A stretch of DNA of 64,000 nt from the human T2T-CHM13v2.0 reference genome, Homo sapiens (GCF_009914755.1 NC_060937.1), one strand, 5' to 3'; counted from the stretch's first letter, positions 1 through 18,618 are shown. Translations and numbers: made by a program. Notes: generated by a model from the sequence alone, not told the origin.

Positions 1-2026
1 CACTTTCCTCTTTTTCTCTGTACCGAAAGCTGCAGAAATACAGCTTTAATTCCAAGACAATTTGGTTTAAGCCTTCAAAATAAAAAGAGTGCATCCACTT
101 CCACTGCCCTGACTTTCCCCACACTGTTGATTGTGATTCTCTGTGGCATGTTGGTAGATCAGGCTGGCTTATATATAATTTGTACAAAACACCTCTAGCC
201 AGGGTAAGGCTTTAGGAACTATCTTAAAAAGAAACTTGTCAAAATACTTTTTGATATTTTGTACAAATACTAAATATTATAATTTTCTCCCAGAACATCT
301 GTTTAAGCAGCCCAATTAAGTGACTCTGTTAAAGGTCTGCTTATGGAAAAAATAGGTGAAGTCATTTCCTGAGCCAAAAGATACAGATAATAAATGTTAA
401 TAATAGCAGCAGACTAAAAAATTCCTTTTTGTTGTTTTCCATAGTCAACAGTTTTAGCAAAAGGACTTTAGAAAATGACAATTTTTTTTAAATTTACTGC
501 CTGAAAAGAGTTTAATAAAGAACATCCAAGGCCTGATTGCTATTATTCTGAATATAATTTTCAATAATTTTCTGCAAGTTACATTTGGCTACTGTCAGAC
601 AACTTACTGATGCATGGAAAAACGTCCAAAAAAACTGCAATCGTTTACATATATTTTATGTTACATATATTACTTCTTAAAACCCCCAACAGAATGAAGT
701 CTTAGCAAACACAGATTTTAATTTCTGAACACCCTTCCAGTAAGATTTGTAAAGGTGGGGGGAAGGGAAGGAAGGACTTGTCTTTTGTATTCCCGGTCTA
801 CTTGATTAAAATTTAATCTTTGAAGGGTTTGTTTAGCTCACTATCCAGGCTGCTAGGGTTATGATGAACATTATGACTTCTTTCCAGGGTAAAAAATGGC
901 ATCTGAAAATAACATAAATGCTATGACATGATTTTCCCAAGCATGATCTCAACTTGAAACATTAGAATACTTAAGAATTCTAAAGATTGGTATACCACCA
1001 CTGCACCAGAATTTTTAATTATTCCAACAACTACAGGAATTTTTAAAATAGTTTTTTAATTTTATGAAATTAAAGCTGAAGAAAATAACTGATTTAGAAA
1101 CCATAATAAAAGGACAAATATTTAGCCAGAGATATCAGTTCCTCCTGAAAAAGGATATTTATCTCCTCTCACTGCAGTTTTTCTCAAGGTATCTTAACTG
1201 ATTTCAGATAGAAATTAAAATTCACCTTAAAAATAGAAACAAACAAAAGGACAACTTAAACTGACATTAACTAATAAAAATATGTTCAAATTTACTGACA
1301 GAATCATGGGCACTTCATATAATACTTAGACTCTACCAGTTTTAAGTAAAATAAATAAGGAAAAAATTATAATTACAAAGCCAGTCTTTCCCCTTGGGGA
1401 AACAAAAAGCCACTTTTGACCAATTGCTCCCTACATATACATATACTGTATATTATTATAAGCTTCTTCAGAGAAGCAAAACATCTTTGTCTTCCCGACA
1501 CTGGATTATCTAGCATGTTAGTTTTTACATCAGGAAGGCAACTGCAAGTGTTGGGCCCAAAAGTATTTCTGGTTTACTCTTGAAAAGACCACTGAATATG
1601 CTTCTATACATACTGAACCAGGCAAATTTATGCAGTGTGTTCAACATCATCTCCTTATCAATACGGCACAGATTCCGATTCTTTCTACTGCACCCCCAAG
1701 GAATTCAAAGCATTATTGGTGCAATTAATAAAGAGAAAATGCGTGCCAATGACTGGAAGGCTGTTTTAAAAGAGGAGCTGGTATCTCTGATTTCACCTCC
1801 TTGTTGTATGGAACTGTACAGACAGCATGATACCTGAGCAAATAAATCAACTACCATGATCGGAAGGGCTTGTCAATCCATCGTCTTTGCTTTATCGTGT
1901 GCAAAGTGTGCTACTGCCCCCTGAGCTTCCTGCATTTCTCTTTTCTTGAAAAATCAGTGCTTGATCCTTTCCAAAATAACCAGAGAAGAAATGAGGCAGA
2001 AAGTGTCTCTTCATCACGGTTCCCTC
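1..2026 (-). other. USP12: USP12 3' UTR (part of terminal exon; probably continues beyond window start)
   Basis: Repeat-free AT-rich sequence directly downstream of the TGA at 2027-2029. No canonical AATAAA seen on the minus strand, only scattered ATTAAA. Confidence 0.85.
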
Positions 2027-2128
2027 TCAGTCCCGAGACTGATAGAAAAGGATGTAACCAGACTCAGAGTTCTTTGAGATATCTGATGTCAACCCGTAGA
2101 ATTCTTCAATAGCTTGTGCATCTATTTT
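2027..2128 (-). CDS. USP12: USP12 exon 9, coding part ([33 protein letters not shown])
   Basis: Manual translation. Acceptor ctcacag (AG at 2130-2129), TGA at 2029-2027. Matches the recalled USP12 C-terminus. Confidence 0.97.
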   Translation of the reverse strand, partial: KIDAQAIEEFYGLTSDISKNSESGYILFYQSRD

Positions 2129-2159
2129 CTGTGAGGTAAAATGTAAACATTAGTACATA

Positions 2160-3630
<1,471 letters not shown>

Positions 3631-3814
3631 TGACCACTCAACTGCTGGGCTTGGACGTTGCAGAGTAAGAAGTAGGAATTAGACTACAATCTATAGACCC
3701 AGACATTTGTCTCATATCATCACCAGTCATATATAAATGAAAAACTATGAGAAAAAAGTGAAAAGCAACATATGCATACAACTTTCAAAAATAAGAAATT
3801 AAGAAACTACTTAC

Positions 3815-3893
3815 TTCTACAATGTCGTCATCAAACAACAACCAAAAATCATGACTCTTAACTATTGCAATATAATGGCCTCGATTGGGACCA
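3815..3893 (-). CDS. USP12: USP12 exon 8 ([26 protein letters not shown]; His box with catalytic His and Asp)
   Basis: 79 nt, acceptor gttttag, donor GAA|gtaagt. Contains USP GHY and FDD motifs. Confidence 0.97.
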
Positions 3894-6862
3894 CTAAAAC
3901 AAACGAAGAAGAAGTTAATTCAATATATTTATTAATATTACTCTTTCATGCTCTAAATTTTGTTTTATAAAGAAACAGAAACAGATAAATAGCAGTAAAA
4001 AAGAACTGCTTCTTTTTTATACCCCTTACCTATTCTTGCCAAAAGAGATAAAGCTACACTGAGTTGAACTGGTCATCAATTTTAAAATCAAATAATTAGT
4101 ACTCTAAGAGATATATCAGTATTCTTTTCACATACAGCTATATTATTGAAATTTTTTACTGTCTTTGTAATAATTTTCAATTTTGCTTCTATAATAAAAG
4201 ACATATTTTTCTATCATTTTATAAGGGAGGGGATCACAGCAGAACATGCTGAGTTGGACTATAAAACAATGCATATAGAATTATTTCTAAGTCTCACTCC
4301 CTTGGTAATGGTTTTTTTCTTGAGGAAAGATCCAATATGATGCTTGAAACAGGCAAGGATATCAAATCCTTGGTTCCAAAATCAAGCCTGAACTTCATAA
4401 AATGTCTTTAAAAGCAAATGACCTTTGCTCAATGGTAAGTCATTATTAAGTACCTAATTCTTAATACCATTATAACTATGACTATGATTGCCCCTGCATC
4501 TCATTTCAAACAAATCTGGAATATATAAATGTAGATATACATAAAAATAAAAGAAGCATAATTCCTTTTCTTTATAAAAGGATATGACAAAGGTTTTAAC
4601 CTCTTCCAGTTTAAGTATGGTTCATTATAAAGGCTCATATAATTATATTTATTAAATTGTAATTCTATAATTAATACAGAAGTTAAAATCCTTTTCAACA
4701 CAAATTATTCTTTATGGTGAACACTATTTTAAAAGTAGTGACCAGATATTAGAATAAGCCACCTACTATAATATCTTATGTTTCTCAGATCATTTGATCC
4801 TGTAGGTGAGATAAATATCTTTGACAGAATGACACCAACAAAAATACTTTTTTTTTTTTAACTATGGAGGATGACACATCAAAACTTTTTCTTAAAAAAG
4901 CATTTAATGCTTTAAGTCTATTTCTGTATTTATTTAGGCTCATCTAAAGGGTCTTGTGTGTTATGGGGAGAGGGTCAGAAATGAAAACAAAATTATAAAA
5001 GGTGAAATAAAGAAAAATCAAAGAAAGGTTGCAGAACACAGGGTGGAAGGAAAGGAGGTGGGTGGGGTAAGGACTGGTAAATTGAAAAAAGTTAGGCGGC
5101 TTTTTCCTTTGGCAAAGAACTAGTTTGAGGAACAGTAGACAAAAGTTAATTTCATAAACTAAAAATGAAATGAGAGATGAAGGGCTGAACTTCCACCTAA
5201 GGAAGTTGTTTCTTAGGCATCTGATTTCTGGACATTAAACACACTCAGTTGAGTAGATACAAATGCGTAAGGTATGCAAATAACTATTGATTGCTGTGGA
5301 GATTAAAGAGATACCAACAACTGCTTGCCCAAATACCCCTTCAGTACAATAGATAACTACTCCAAAAACATAATCCAAGGAAGAATATGATATAAAAGTA
5401 GAGCCACAGGAGAGACCTCATCCAGCAAGACAGGAGGTAGAAGGGAGAGAGGGATGGGAAATCACGAAATGGTGCCCAGTTTTGACATGGGCTTGAAGGG
5501 TAATACTTAAGTCAACAAACATTTGCTAGAAGTCTCTTCTAGGCTGGGCACCGGGGACAGAGAAGGAGCAAGCTGAACTGGAACTGACATGCTGATAATG
5601 AGGCTGCGCACACCCTCCACACTTTCATATGAAGCATATCTACAAATAAGTCTGATAAATAAAATACACAATGGAAAAAGATTCTAAAATATGATTAGTC
5701 TTTTATTAGTGAGCAAATTATTTTCTGTTTTAAAAAGCACCTGTTCTCATAAGGGAAGTAGACATACATCCTAAGAGAGTACATAAAGCACTAAGACAGG
5801 GCTAGCAATGCACGTCTAGTATTTATGTGAAGACAATGGAGCAGCACCACATGGAGACTGAGGCTGGGCAGAAGAGCGTCAAGGAAGACTTCCAGAGCGG
5901 AGGGGCAGGAAGGCATGAGGCAATGAGAGTGAGACAGGAGAAAGAGTAAGACCCTGGGGTGGGGGCGGGATACCAAAGACCTGCTGTGCAGAACTCCATC
6001 AGGAGAGAGTTCCCAGTGAAGGCAGACCACCAGGGCTGTGAGGAAAGTCAATAAACATCTCTCTGCAATTTTCTGCAACAATTCTGACAGTAGGGATTCA
6101 GACAGCTGGCAAGAGGATTTTACAGTGCTTGTGAGAACATGCTTTAAATAACTGACTGTGGAGTTCAAGTTGGGAGAAGCAAGTGAGGCCAAAGAAAAGG
6201 TTAAAAAGGGAAAGGGTCAAGAGACTTAAGGATTTAAGGCTGGGGAAAGAGTTGGGTTAATTTTAAAAGGGGACAGTGGGGAGGGGACCCCTCCCCAATG
6301 AGTCAGGCATCTCAGCTCAGTATATTGTGAGTAGAGCAATTCTAAAAATCTAGCATGATTTAAGTAGAGTAGGACTGTCACTAAATTTGAAGAGGCTAAT
6401 CGGTGTGAGAAAGTAAATATTATAAAGCTAAGATGTGAGAAGGTAATATTACATTTTTGTTAATAGAACAGTAGCAGTAGCTAAGCGATTTACATCTCCC
6501 TTTGAATCCTAACAAAGCAATGTGGTAATTAGTATTATTTACATTTTCTAGAAGAGAAAACTGAAGGCTTTTCAGGAAGCTATGCATAACGTTACACTGC
6601 CCACAATTGGCAGAAATGGTACTGAGATCCAAGTTTCTCTCACTCTGAAAACCCGGTCTGAATCACTACACCAAGGTTCTTTAAGTAATCTTGACACTGC
6701 TTCACTCCTTTAAGATGTGATCACTCTTAATTTAGAAGTAGAAGAAAGATTCTTGCTGAGGATAAAAGACGGGACCCAAGGCTGACCCAGGCAATGGAGG
6801 AAGAAGACGATTATTAAAGAGCATTTGCTCCCTCCAGATTGTCCTTAAAAATTCTCATCAGA

Positions 6863-7163
<301 letters not shown>

Positions 7164-7934
7164 CTAATCAGAGAGCTGGGAGGAGGGCTGAAGATGAGAA
7201 AGCTGTAACTTTTTTTATTTGGATAAAACATGCTGTTAGTACAAGTTTCCCAAAACCAAGGGGAAAATGATGAGTGCCTGCTTTAAAATTATTAAAGGAA
7301 ATTCTAAGCAGTCAATGAAGACAGTTATGTTCCAAATACAAGTTTTGATTATGTGATGCTCTTGCAGTTTGAGAATTTTCTGAGGTATTTAATAAGGCCA
7401 ATTATAGGTATGTACGTTCATACAGAGAAGATGTGTATACCATGTTGGAAAAGAAGATGAGAAGAAGACAGAAAGCAAAATTGGCTAATAAGAAATGATA
7501 AATACACACACAGGTAAAATCAAAAAATGAATCTTTGAAGATTATTTCCAATGCCATTTTAAAATGCTTTTTACAACCATTGATATGCTGAACATACGCA
7601 ATTAAACTCAGAAGTGATTTATTTTAACCAACAACCCTCTATACACACACCCCAAAAAAGGAAAAGAAAAACTAACAGATCTCAAAGTTCTAGGAAATCA
7701 GATATAGTACTTGTAGAGTAATAAATAATAAAAATAAAAACAATATATTTTAACATATAAAATTTTTAAGAAATGATAAAACATAAAGCTAAAACTCCAT
7801 TTTGAAATAAAATTATCTTGAGAGAATACAGAATTTCTAAAAGTTCTATATATGAATAATTCATGAACATCTTGAATGTACCCTGCTCTTCTAACCTAGG
7901 AATTCCACTACTATGTCCCCGGAGTTGCAATTAC

Positions 7935-8132
7935 CTTCCACAGTGAACCACAACAGCAACAAGGTCGTACATTCTGTCTGGATTGGTGGCATCACCTGAA
8001 GTGTTAAACAGACGAAGTTCTAAAGGAAAAACTACCCGGTAAGAGAGTTTTGTATATCGATGAAGTTGATCCATATATTTAAATCTCTTCAGGTGTAGAG
8101 CTAGAATCATGGGCAGTTTTTTAACTTTCATC
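7935..8132 (-). CDS. USP12: USP12 exon 7 ([17 protein letters not shown]...VAVVVHCG)
   Basis: 198 nt, ORF track 7931..8131, acceptor ttaatag, donor AG|gtaatt. Contains the LHLKRF USP motif. Confidence 0.97.
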
Positions 8133-8475
8133 CTATTAAAAATAAAAATGAAAACAAAATTTCATAAAAGATATCCACCATGTCCTTGAATTATCAAACT
8201 TTACGATATCCAATGAACAGATAGACAATGGTCAGTTTTAATAGCCCAGCAATGCCCAGTTTTGCACATTTCTATCAATTATTTTTATACTGACAAAACA
8301 ACATTCTGAACATCTTAATATGACCCCACCCTACCCATCATTGTCACACCACATAATTTGACACAGCACTCAATATGGCTCCAAAACAGATGGAATGGCG
8401 TTAGTCCTTGGTTAAGGAATCTGTATTTTTCAAACACACGTCTCTTATAATAAGGCTAAATGCACGGGGTGCTCA

Positions 8476-8935
<460 letters not shown>

Positions 8936-10393
8936 TCAAGGTGCTTGTCAGAGACAAGAAATAACTCCATATTAAGAAAAATGACAATGTATATCCTAGA
9001 AAGGGAGTAAAATAACCTGGAAACTTAGGAGTTAAGTTTTTAACTGTGAAACACAGGCTGTTCTTCATGTTCTAAACAATCTTTATTATGCCTTTAAATG
9101 CCATTTCTCCCTGAGAGTGCCTTTGTACTCCTACTTCACCTAAAAATCTATTCTTCTTTTAATGGCTCAGCTCAAATGTCACACCCTCTGGCACAAATAC
9201 ACCTGCTCTCTTCAATCCTCCATCAGCACCTTACAGGTTCACTTTATATATGTCAAGCTTATTACATGGTAACAATTTTAGGTGATTATGGTTCTTTTCT
9301 TCTAGGCCCTGAACTCTTGGCAGCTAGAAAGCATTCCCTTCATTTTTATTTCCCCACTATCTAGCAACATGCCTGACATATGATAGATGCCAAATGCTGC
9401 AGAACTGAATTTTAAATGGGTCTGGTGAAGCAAAATACTCCTCACAATTTAAAGAAGTGATATATGGTAAGCCACTGCCTCTAATAAGTGAAAAAAAAAA
9501 TCATTTTATAACATTATACTAAATCTGCATTCTACACTTCTTAAATATGGTGGATAGCTTATTATTCCTAAATTACTTACTAGTGAATGAACTTGGCCTT
9601 TTGGAAACATTAGCCAAAGTAAAGGTAAACACCTAGTCACTCCTAGAAAGCAATCCACCAATATAAATTAGGAGCCTTTATGGCCTTTGTCTCAGTAATC
9701 CTATTTCTGGAAATACAATTAAATGTATAATCTCAAAAACATCCCTTATGAGAATAATCTCCTATTAGAGTTCTTTTACATTGTAAAAAATCCCAACTAT
9801 TCAGCAACAGGAAATGTGGAAATAAATTAGAATTCAAACATAACCGAGTGTTGTACAACTTAAATAAAACAATGCTGATGAAAGTTTCTAGGTGACATAA
9901 GAAAATACTTAAGAAGTCAGGATATAAAATTATACATAAAATATAATTCAACTATGAAACATCAGACCTTTTATTAAACCCACATAGAGTTACTGAAAAG
10001 AAATCTTTACAAAACAACAAGGTATCCTTTGAGAATTTCCAATGGATGGTAGATGCAAAAGAAGAATTTTCTCAGCATAAAATGAGTGTCAGTGCACTAT
10101 TAATAAATGGCAGTCAGGTAAGATTAGGAGGAGGAAAGAGAATGAACATGGCCCGATGGTTAGGGAAAATGTGCTTTTAGAAATTACACAAGGGGAGGAG
10201 TCCAAATGCAGAAAAGAGAAAATATCTCAATAATAGCAGATACAATATGTTTAATAAGATAACACATGAAGAATATGAATCCTATTTGCCAAAGATCCTC
10301 CCAGAGGAGAAGTGCTGGCTACCACAAAGAAACCAACTACCCATGGAATTGTCAAGCAAAAATATGTGTGGAGCCATATTTTAAAGATGATGA

Positions 10394-10543
<150 letters not shown>

Positions 10544-10882
10544 TAAGGTCACCAAAACACCAAAGAATTTATAGGATTCTGGCTTTCCTTCCATTCAAAC
10601 TTGTGGGGAGGGAGGTTACATTAGGGAGGTCTTGATCACTGTCATTGTTTTAAAAAAAAAAGTGGTCTTAGAACATAATGTTTTCTACAAAAGACAAACA
10701 TTTTGAAGGAAAAACAGGAGGACAGAGAACATTTTTTTCCTTTTAAGTTTGAATAAACACTGATTTTTAAAAAATCTTCTGTAAACAGATATAAATTAAT
10801 TTTCTATTTAAATTTATTTTTTTAATGACATTTACTGACCACATAACCAACTACTTAAAATTTGGATGAATTTCTATTATTC

Positions 10883-11179
10883 ACTTGGCCCTCCATATTG
10901 GGAGTTCCACATCCACAGATTCAACCAGCCATGAATTGAAAATATTCAAAAAATAAATAAGTAAAAAAAATTTTTAAAAAGACAAAAATAATACCATTTA
11001 AAAAAATACAGTGTAACAACTACTTATATACCATTTACATTGTATTAGGTACCAAAGTACATAGGAGGATGTGCATAGGTCATATGCAAATGCTATGCCA
11101 TTTTATATCAGGGACTTGAGCAACCATGCATTTTGCTCTATGTGAGGGTCCTGGAACCAACTGATACGGAGCATAACTG
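10883..11179 (-). mobile_element. MER2-like TcMar-Tigger MITE
   Basis: Resembles recalled MER2 (ggaggatgtgcataggtcatatgcaaat...gggacttgagc...gggtcctggaaccaa). Confidence 0.8.
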
Positions 11180-11299
11180 TATGCATTTTCTTGCTTTTAC
11201 ATCTTTAAAATGACAAACTGCATCCATGTTGTATTCTAACATAACAGGGGGTTGCCTTTCTTGATAATGTCTAGTTATAATTTAAAACTATTCAAAAAA

Positions 11300-11860
11300 G
11301 AAAGAAGGATGGGAAAAGACATACCATGTAAACACTAATCCTAAGTAAACTGGCTATACTAATGTCAGACAAAGCATACAAGATAAGGAGTCTTACCAGA
11401 AATAAAGAATACTTCATAATAATGAAGGTCAATTAACTAAGAGAACATAACAATCTTAAAAGCATGTGCTCCAAAATTTGAAAGAATTATAGAAATAGAC
11501 AAGTGCATAATCAGAATTGGAATCTTTAACAGACTTCTCTCACTAACAAAAAAAATCAGTAAGGATAGGAAAATATGAACACCCTAACTATGGACTTAAT
11601 TGACATTTATGGAATACTCAACCTCAAACTGCACTATACACATTCTTCTCAAGTTCAACCGAAACATTCACTAATGTACTGGACAATAAAGAAGTCTCGA
11701 TAAATTTCAAAGATGAAATCAGAGTATGTCCTCTGATAAAAAAAAAAACTAGAAAATCCCCCCAGATATGGAAACTAAGCAACACATTTCCAAATAAGCC
11801 ATAGGACAAACAGAACATCACAAGGGAAATTAGAATATATTTTTAAATGGATGATTATTA
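11300..11860 (+). mobile_element. Old L1M ORF2 (endonuclease region) fragment
   Basis: Degenerate ORF2 5' motifs (ggatgggaaaagacataccatg; cacattcttctcaagt). Confidence 0.7.
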
Positions 11861-11882
11861 TGAGACTACAACATCCTCTCAT

Positions 11883-12290
11883 TTTAGGTCCTGTTCCCTA
11901 GAGCAGACCCTGAGACAGAAAGTCCCAGGCCTGTGATTTAATGTCGTGCTCCCTGTGTGTGGGGCGGGGGGGAGTGGGGGGAGAGGGAAGGAAACCAGGT
12001 AAGGATTCAATCTGAAGCAAAATCCCAGGAAGAGTGGCTTCAGCTCAGTGTCAGAGAACCCCAGAGTCTAAATTTCACCTCAGATTTCTCTTGACCACAA
12101 GGTAGCTGGGGTTTTATATGCTCTTTAGCACCTGTCAGTGACTGGTCAAAGACTTGGAATTTGAACCAAACTCCAGAAACTCCCTTCTCCAGTAGCCCAA
12201 GGGGGAGTCCTTCCCAGAGCCATCAGGTGCTAAGTATTCCAAAGGACTAGGGGAGGAGCTGGAGGAAGGACTGACATTGCCTGCAACCAC
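11883..12290 (-). mobile_element. Ancient ERVL-class LTR (LTR33/LTR41/LTR67-like)
   Basis: Motifs gttccctagagcagaccctgagaca and cacctcaga...gctggggttttata...gtcagtgactgg. Subfamily uncertain. Confidence 0.55.
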
Positions 12291-13758
12291 CCTCAACCGG
12301 AATACCAACTACCCAGCCGCAGGCAAGCAACACCACTATGGGATGGAATGCAGACCCTGGAATCCAGTGGAATCTGAACTGTTTTTCTCAATAGTCAGAA
12401 ACGCTTTTTAAAGTAAATTTCCTATTTTTATAAATTGTGTGAGCCAGAGTTCTTTAGATGGAATCTGATCCAGAGGACACTATTTGCAAGCTCTGCCACA
12501 GATGAATGCAATACCCCAGCCACAGGCACTTAAGAACTTACCAACATCCTGTCAGCAGAGAAGTCCTGACCACACAGAAAAGCTTAATAATTGTACAGAC
12601 ATTCAGTTCCAAGGACTGAATTCCATGCCCTTTTAAAATGTACCATCAACAAGGATTAATTGTGACACATTACAATGAGGGGGTCAGGGCAAATAGAATG
12701 CTTTATGTGAGAAAGACACTAAGGTGACTCAGTGAGATATAAGCAATGAGAGGACATTTAGGCAGCAGAACCTGAACTCCAGCATGTGTTAAAATGGGGG
12801 ATGGGTCACAGGCACAAATGAGGCTCATGACATACCCCAACATGTATATAAAACATAGTACTGAGTGATGGACATCTGGAGATCCAGGTAGGCATGCAGG
12901 CAGGGAGGCAGGAGGCATCAACTTCTCAACAGATGGAAGGACCCACCCAACTCAGATTCCAGAAGACTTGCATGGGGGTGTGTGTGCCAACAGGTGGTTG
13001 CAGATGCTGACTACAGCAAAGCAAATCCCTATTGCTGATATGATTTTGACATGATACTACACAAGTTACCATTACTGGAACTGGCTACAGGGGAATAAGA
13101 TATGGATCTAGTTAGGAAAATGAAGCAAAAGGTAGGGCCTTCATCTCACAAACAGGAAGCCATTCAATCATTAAATCTAGGGCAGATACTCAGAGATGGA
13201 CTGTGGCCATGACAATGTGATGCTGAGTCACCTGGCCATGCATGGATCTTCTTCAATACCTGGTAAGAACAGGACTGGTCCCAGAAGTGGGGTCAGGCAC
13301 ACACGGAATAAAGGGAGAGTAAAGAGACTTGAGAGAGGAAAGATGAGAAGGCAAGGAGCTTAGCTCCCAGCGTACTGTCACTAATCATTGGATCCCACAG
13401 AGTAGTGACAGAAATACAGGCATATCTTGGACACGCAGCAAGTTCAGTTCCAGGCCACCGCAATAAAGTGAGGACCGCAATAAAGTGAAGACCGCAATAA
13501 AGCAAGTCATACACATTTTTGGTTTCCCAGTGCATATAAAGGTTATGCTTATACTATACTGTAGTGTATTATGTAACAGCATTATGTCTGAAAAAAGTCC
13601 ATATCTTAATTTAAAAATAGTTTATTGCTTAAAAAATGATCATCTGAGCCTTCAGTGAATCATAATCTTTCTGCTGGTGGAGGGCCTTGCCTCAAGGATG
13701 ATGACTGCTGACTGATCAGGATGGTGGTTGCTGAAGGTCGGGGTGGCTGAGGCAATTT

Positions 13759-13847
13759 TTTTTTTTTTTTTTTTTTTTGAGACGGAGTCTTGCTCTGTCG
13801 CCCAGGCTGGAGTGCAGTGGCACGATCTTGGCTCACTGCAAGATCCA
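13759..13847 (-). mobile_element. Severely 5'-truncated Alu (AluY-like 3' end) with 14-bp TSD
   Basis: Poly-T plus ~70 nt of the Alu right-arm end. TSD ggctgaggcaattt at 13745-13758 and 13848-13861. Confidence 0.9.
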
Positions 13848-15590
13848 GGCTGAGGCAATTTCTCAAAATAAGACAAGAATGTCTGCCACATCAACTGGCT
13901 TTTCCTTTCACAGATTTCTCTGTAGCATGTGATGCTGTTTGACAGCATTTTATCCACAGAACTTCTTTCAAAATTGAGTCAATCCTCTCAAACCCTGACG
14001 CTGCTATCAACTAAGGTTATGTAATATTCTAAATCCTTTGTTGCCATTTCAACAATGTTCACAGCATGTTAACCAGGAGTAGATTCCATCTCAACAAACC
14101 ACATTCTTTGATCTTCCATAAGAAGCAACTTCTCATTCATTCAAGTTTGATCATGAGATTGCAGCAATTCAGTCAGATCGTCAGGATCCTCTTCTAATTC
14201 TTGTTCTCTTGCTGTTTCCACCACATCTACAGTGACTTCCTCCACTGAAGTTCGAATCCCTCAAAGTCATCAATGAGGGTTGGAATGAACTTCTTCCAAA
14301 CTGTTTTTAATGTTAATATTTTAACCTCCTCCCATGAATCACAAATATTCTAATGGCACCCAGAATGGTGAATCCTTTCCAGAGGGGTTTCAATTTACTT
14401 TGCTCAGATCCATCAGAGGAATCTCAATCTATGGCAGCTGTAGACTTAAAAAATATTAAATAATAACAATTGAAAGTCAAAATAACTCATTGATTCATGG
14501 GCTGCAGAATGGATCTTATGTTAGCAGGCATGAAAACAACATTAATCTCTTTGTGCGTCTCCATCAGAGCTCTTGGGTGATCACATGTATTGTCAATAAG
14601 CAGTAATATTTTGAAAGAAATCTTTGTTTCTGAGTGATAGGTCTCAACAGTGAGCTTAAAATATTCAGTAAATTATGCTATAAACAGGTGTGCTGTCATC
14701 CAGGCTTTGTTTCTTTTCTACAGCACAGGCAGGGTAGATTCAGCGTAATTCTTAAGAACTCAAGGATTTTAGGGATGGTAAATGAATACTGGCTTCAACT
14801 TAAAAGTCACCAGCTGCATTAACCGCTAACCAGAGAATCAGCCTGTCCTTTGAAGCTGGGCGCTCACTTCTCTCTAGCTATGACAGTCCTAAACACCCTC
14901 TTTTTCCAATAGAAGACTGTTTCCTCTATATTGAAAATCTGTTGTTTAGTGTAGCCACCATCAGCAACTATTTTAGCTAGACAATCTAGATAACTTACTG
15001 CTGCTTCACCTTGTACTTTTATCTCATGGAGACAGCTTCTTTCCTTAAAACCTCATGAACCCACCCCTGCTAGCTTCAAAATTTTCTTCTGCAGCTTCCT
15101 TACCTCTCTCAGCCTTCATAGAACTGAAGACAGGCCCTGGTTTTAGATTAGGCTTTGGCTTAAGGGAATGTTGTGGCTAGTTTGATCTTCTAACCAGGCC
15201 ACTCAAACTTCTCCATTTGGCAATAAGGCTGTTTTGCTTTCTTATCATTTGTGGGTTCACTAGAGTAGCTCTTTTAATTCTCTTCAAATACTTTTTCTTT
15301 GCACTCCTAACTTGGCTGTTTGGTGCAAGAGGCCTAGCTTTCAGCCTATCTTGGCTTTCAACGTGCCCTATTCATTAAGCTTAATCATTTCTAGCTTTTC
15401 ACTTAAAGTGAGAGACATGTAAATATTTCTTTTCACTTGAACCCTTAGAAGCCATTGTAAGGTTATTAATTGGCCTAATTTCAATATTGTTGTGTCTTAG
15501 GGAATAAAGAGGCCTGAGAGAGAGGTAGGAGGGGGAAAACGTCAGGTGGGTGGAGCAGTCAGAACGCACAACATTTAAGTTCATCATCTT

Positions 15591-15880
<290 letters not shown>

Positions 15881-16621
15881 TAAGTTCATCATCTTAAATG
15901 GGTGCAGTTCATGGTGCTCCCAAGACAGTTACCATAGCAACATCAACGATAACTGATCATGTATCACCGTAACAATATAATAATGAAAAAGTTTGAAATA
16001 GTGCAAGAATTACCAAAAATGTGACAGAGACAGGAAATGTGCACACATGCTGTTGGAAAAATGGCACTGATAGACTTGCTCAACAGAGGGTTGCCACAAA
16101 CCTTCAATCTGTAAAAACCACAGGGTCTGCAAGGTGCTGTGAAGTGAAATGCAATGTTCTGTTCTCTAAGACCTGAGCCTCAGCCTCCCCCTTGCCCCCA
16201 TGCCAGCAGCCAGGGACAGGAAAACAACAACTGAAACAGCCATCAATCCTTTCTCATTACAGTTCCCCAGGGCGATCACTCTCCTCTCACCTATATGCTT
16301 TAACCTCCCATGGGATAAACGTATATGACCATTAGAGTGACATTTCCCACACTGCTATCTTTCCTGAACTGCACTATTTACAGAGTTCAATAGGCATGCT
16401 ATATAAATGGAGTCTATGTGCAAGTAAATTCTGGAAAAAGCTGGATAAAGTTTCCTTTATTTTGTGAGTCTTCAGGAGCATGAATATTTAGATAAAATAT
16501 TATAAAGCAAATTCATTTGATCATAAAATACTAATTTTGTGGCACATCATTAACATTCCCAAAAATTATTCTTCAGTGTTCTCGGGATGAACCTTTTTGG
16601 GAGAATATATATATATATATA

Positions 16622-17890
<1,269 letters not shown>

Positions 17891-17892
17891 TT

Positions 17893-18220
<328 letters not shown>

Positions 18221-18618
18221 TGATTTTTGGTTTTTTACTAAGAACTATGGTCTGTATACTCAACACAAGCTTATCCTATTATTCCAAGACTGAGAACTAT
18301 AAACTTTCAGAAGTGAATTCATCCAAGTAAAGGTCAAAAATATTAAATGAATTGCTCAATATCACACCATAAATTAACAGGTTGATACTAGATCCTAATG
18401 AGAAATATGTAACTTCTGTAAAGTTGTCTTTCCAGAAACTTATGCATAATTTATCCTACAAAGTGTCCAAAAATATGTGGGGAATATGTGTATATACACA
18501 CAAAACTGTTCATCAAATCACTGTTTATAACAGTGTAAAAAATCTAAATTGTTGGATTTAGACAACTGGTAGATACATGGTACTATGGTATGTTCATACA
18601 AAAAAAATATACTATGCA

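Noticed and set aside
13457-13506. Short regularly spaced repeats as a CRISPR-like array
   Set aside because: Head-to-tail 17-mers without spacers inside a Tigger1 end, in a eukaryotic intron with no cas genes.
13417-15460. Tigger1 transposase as a domesticated or active gene
   Set aside because: Frameshift and stop shortly after the start, no long ORF in the track, and one TIR missing.
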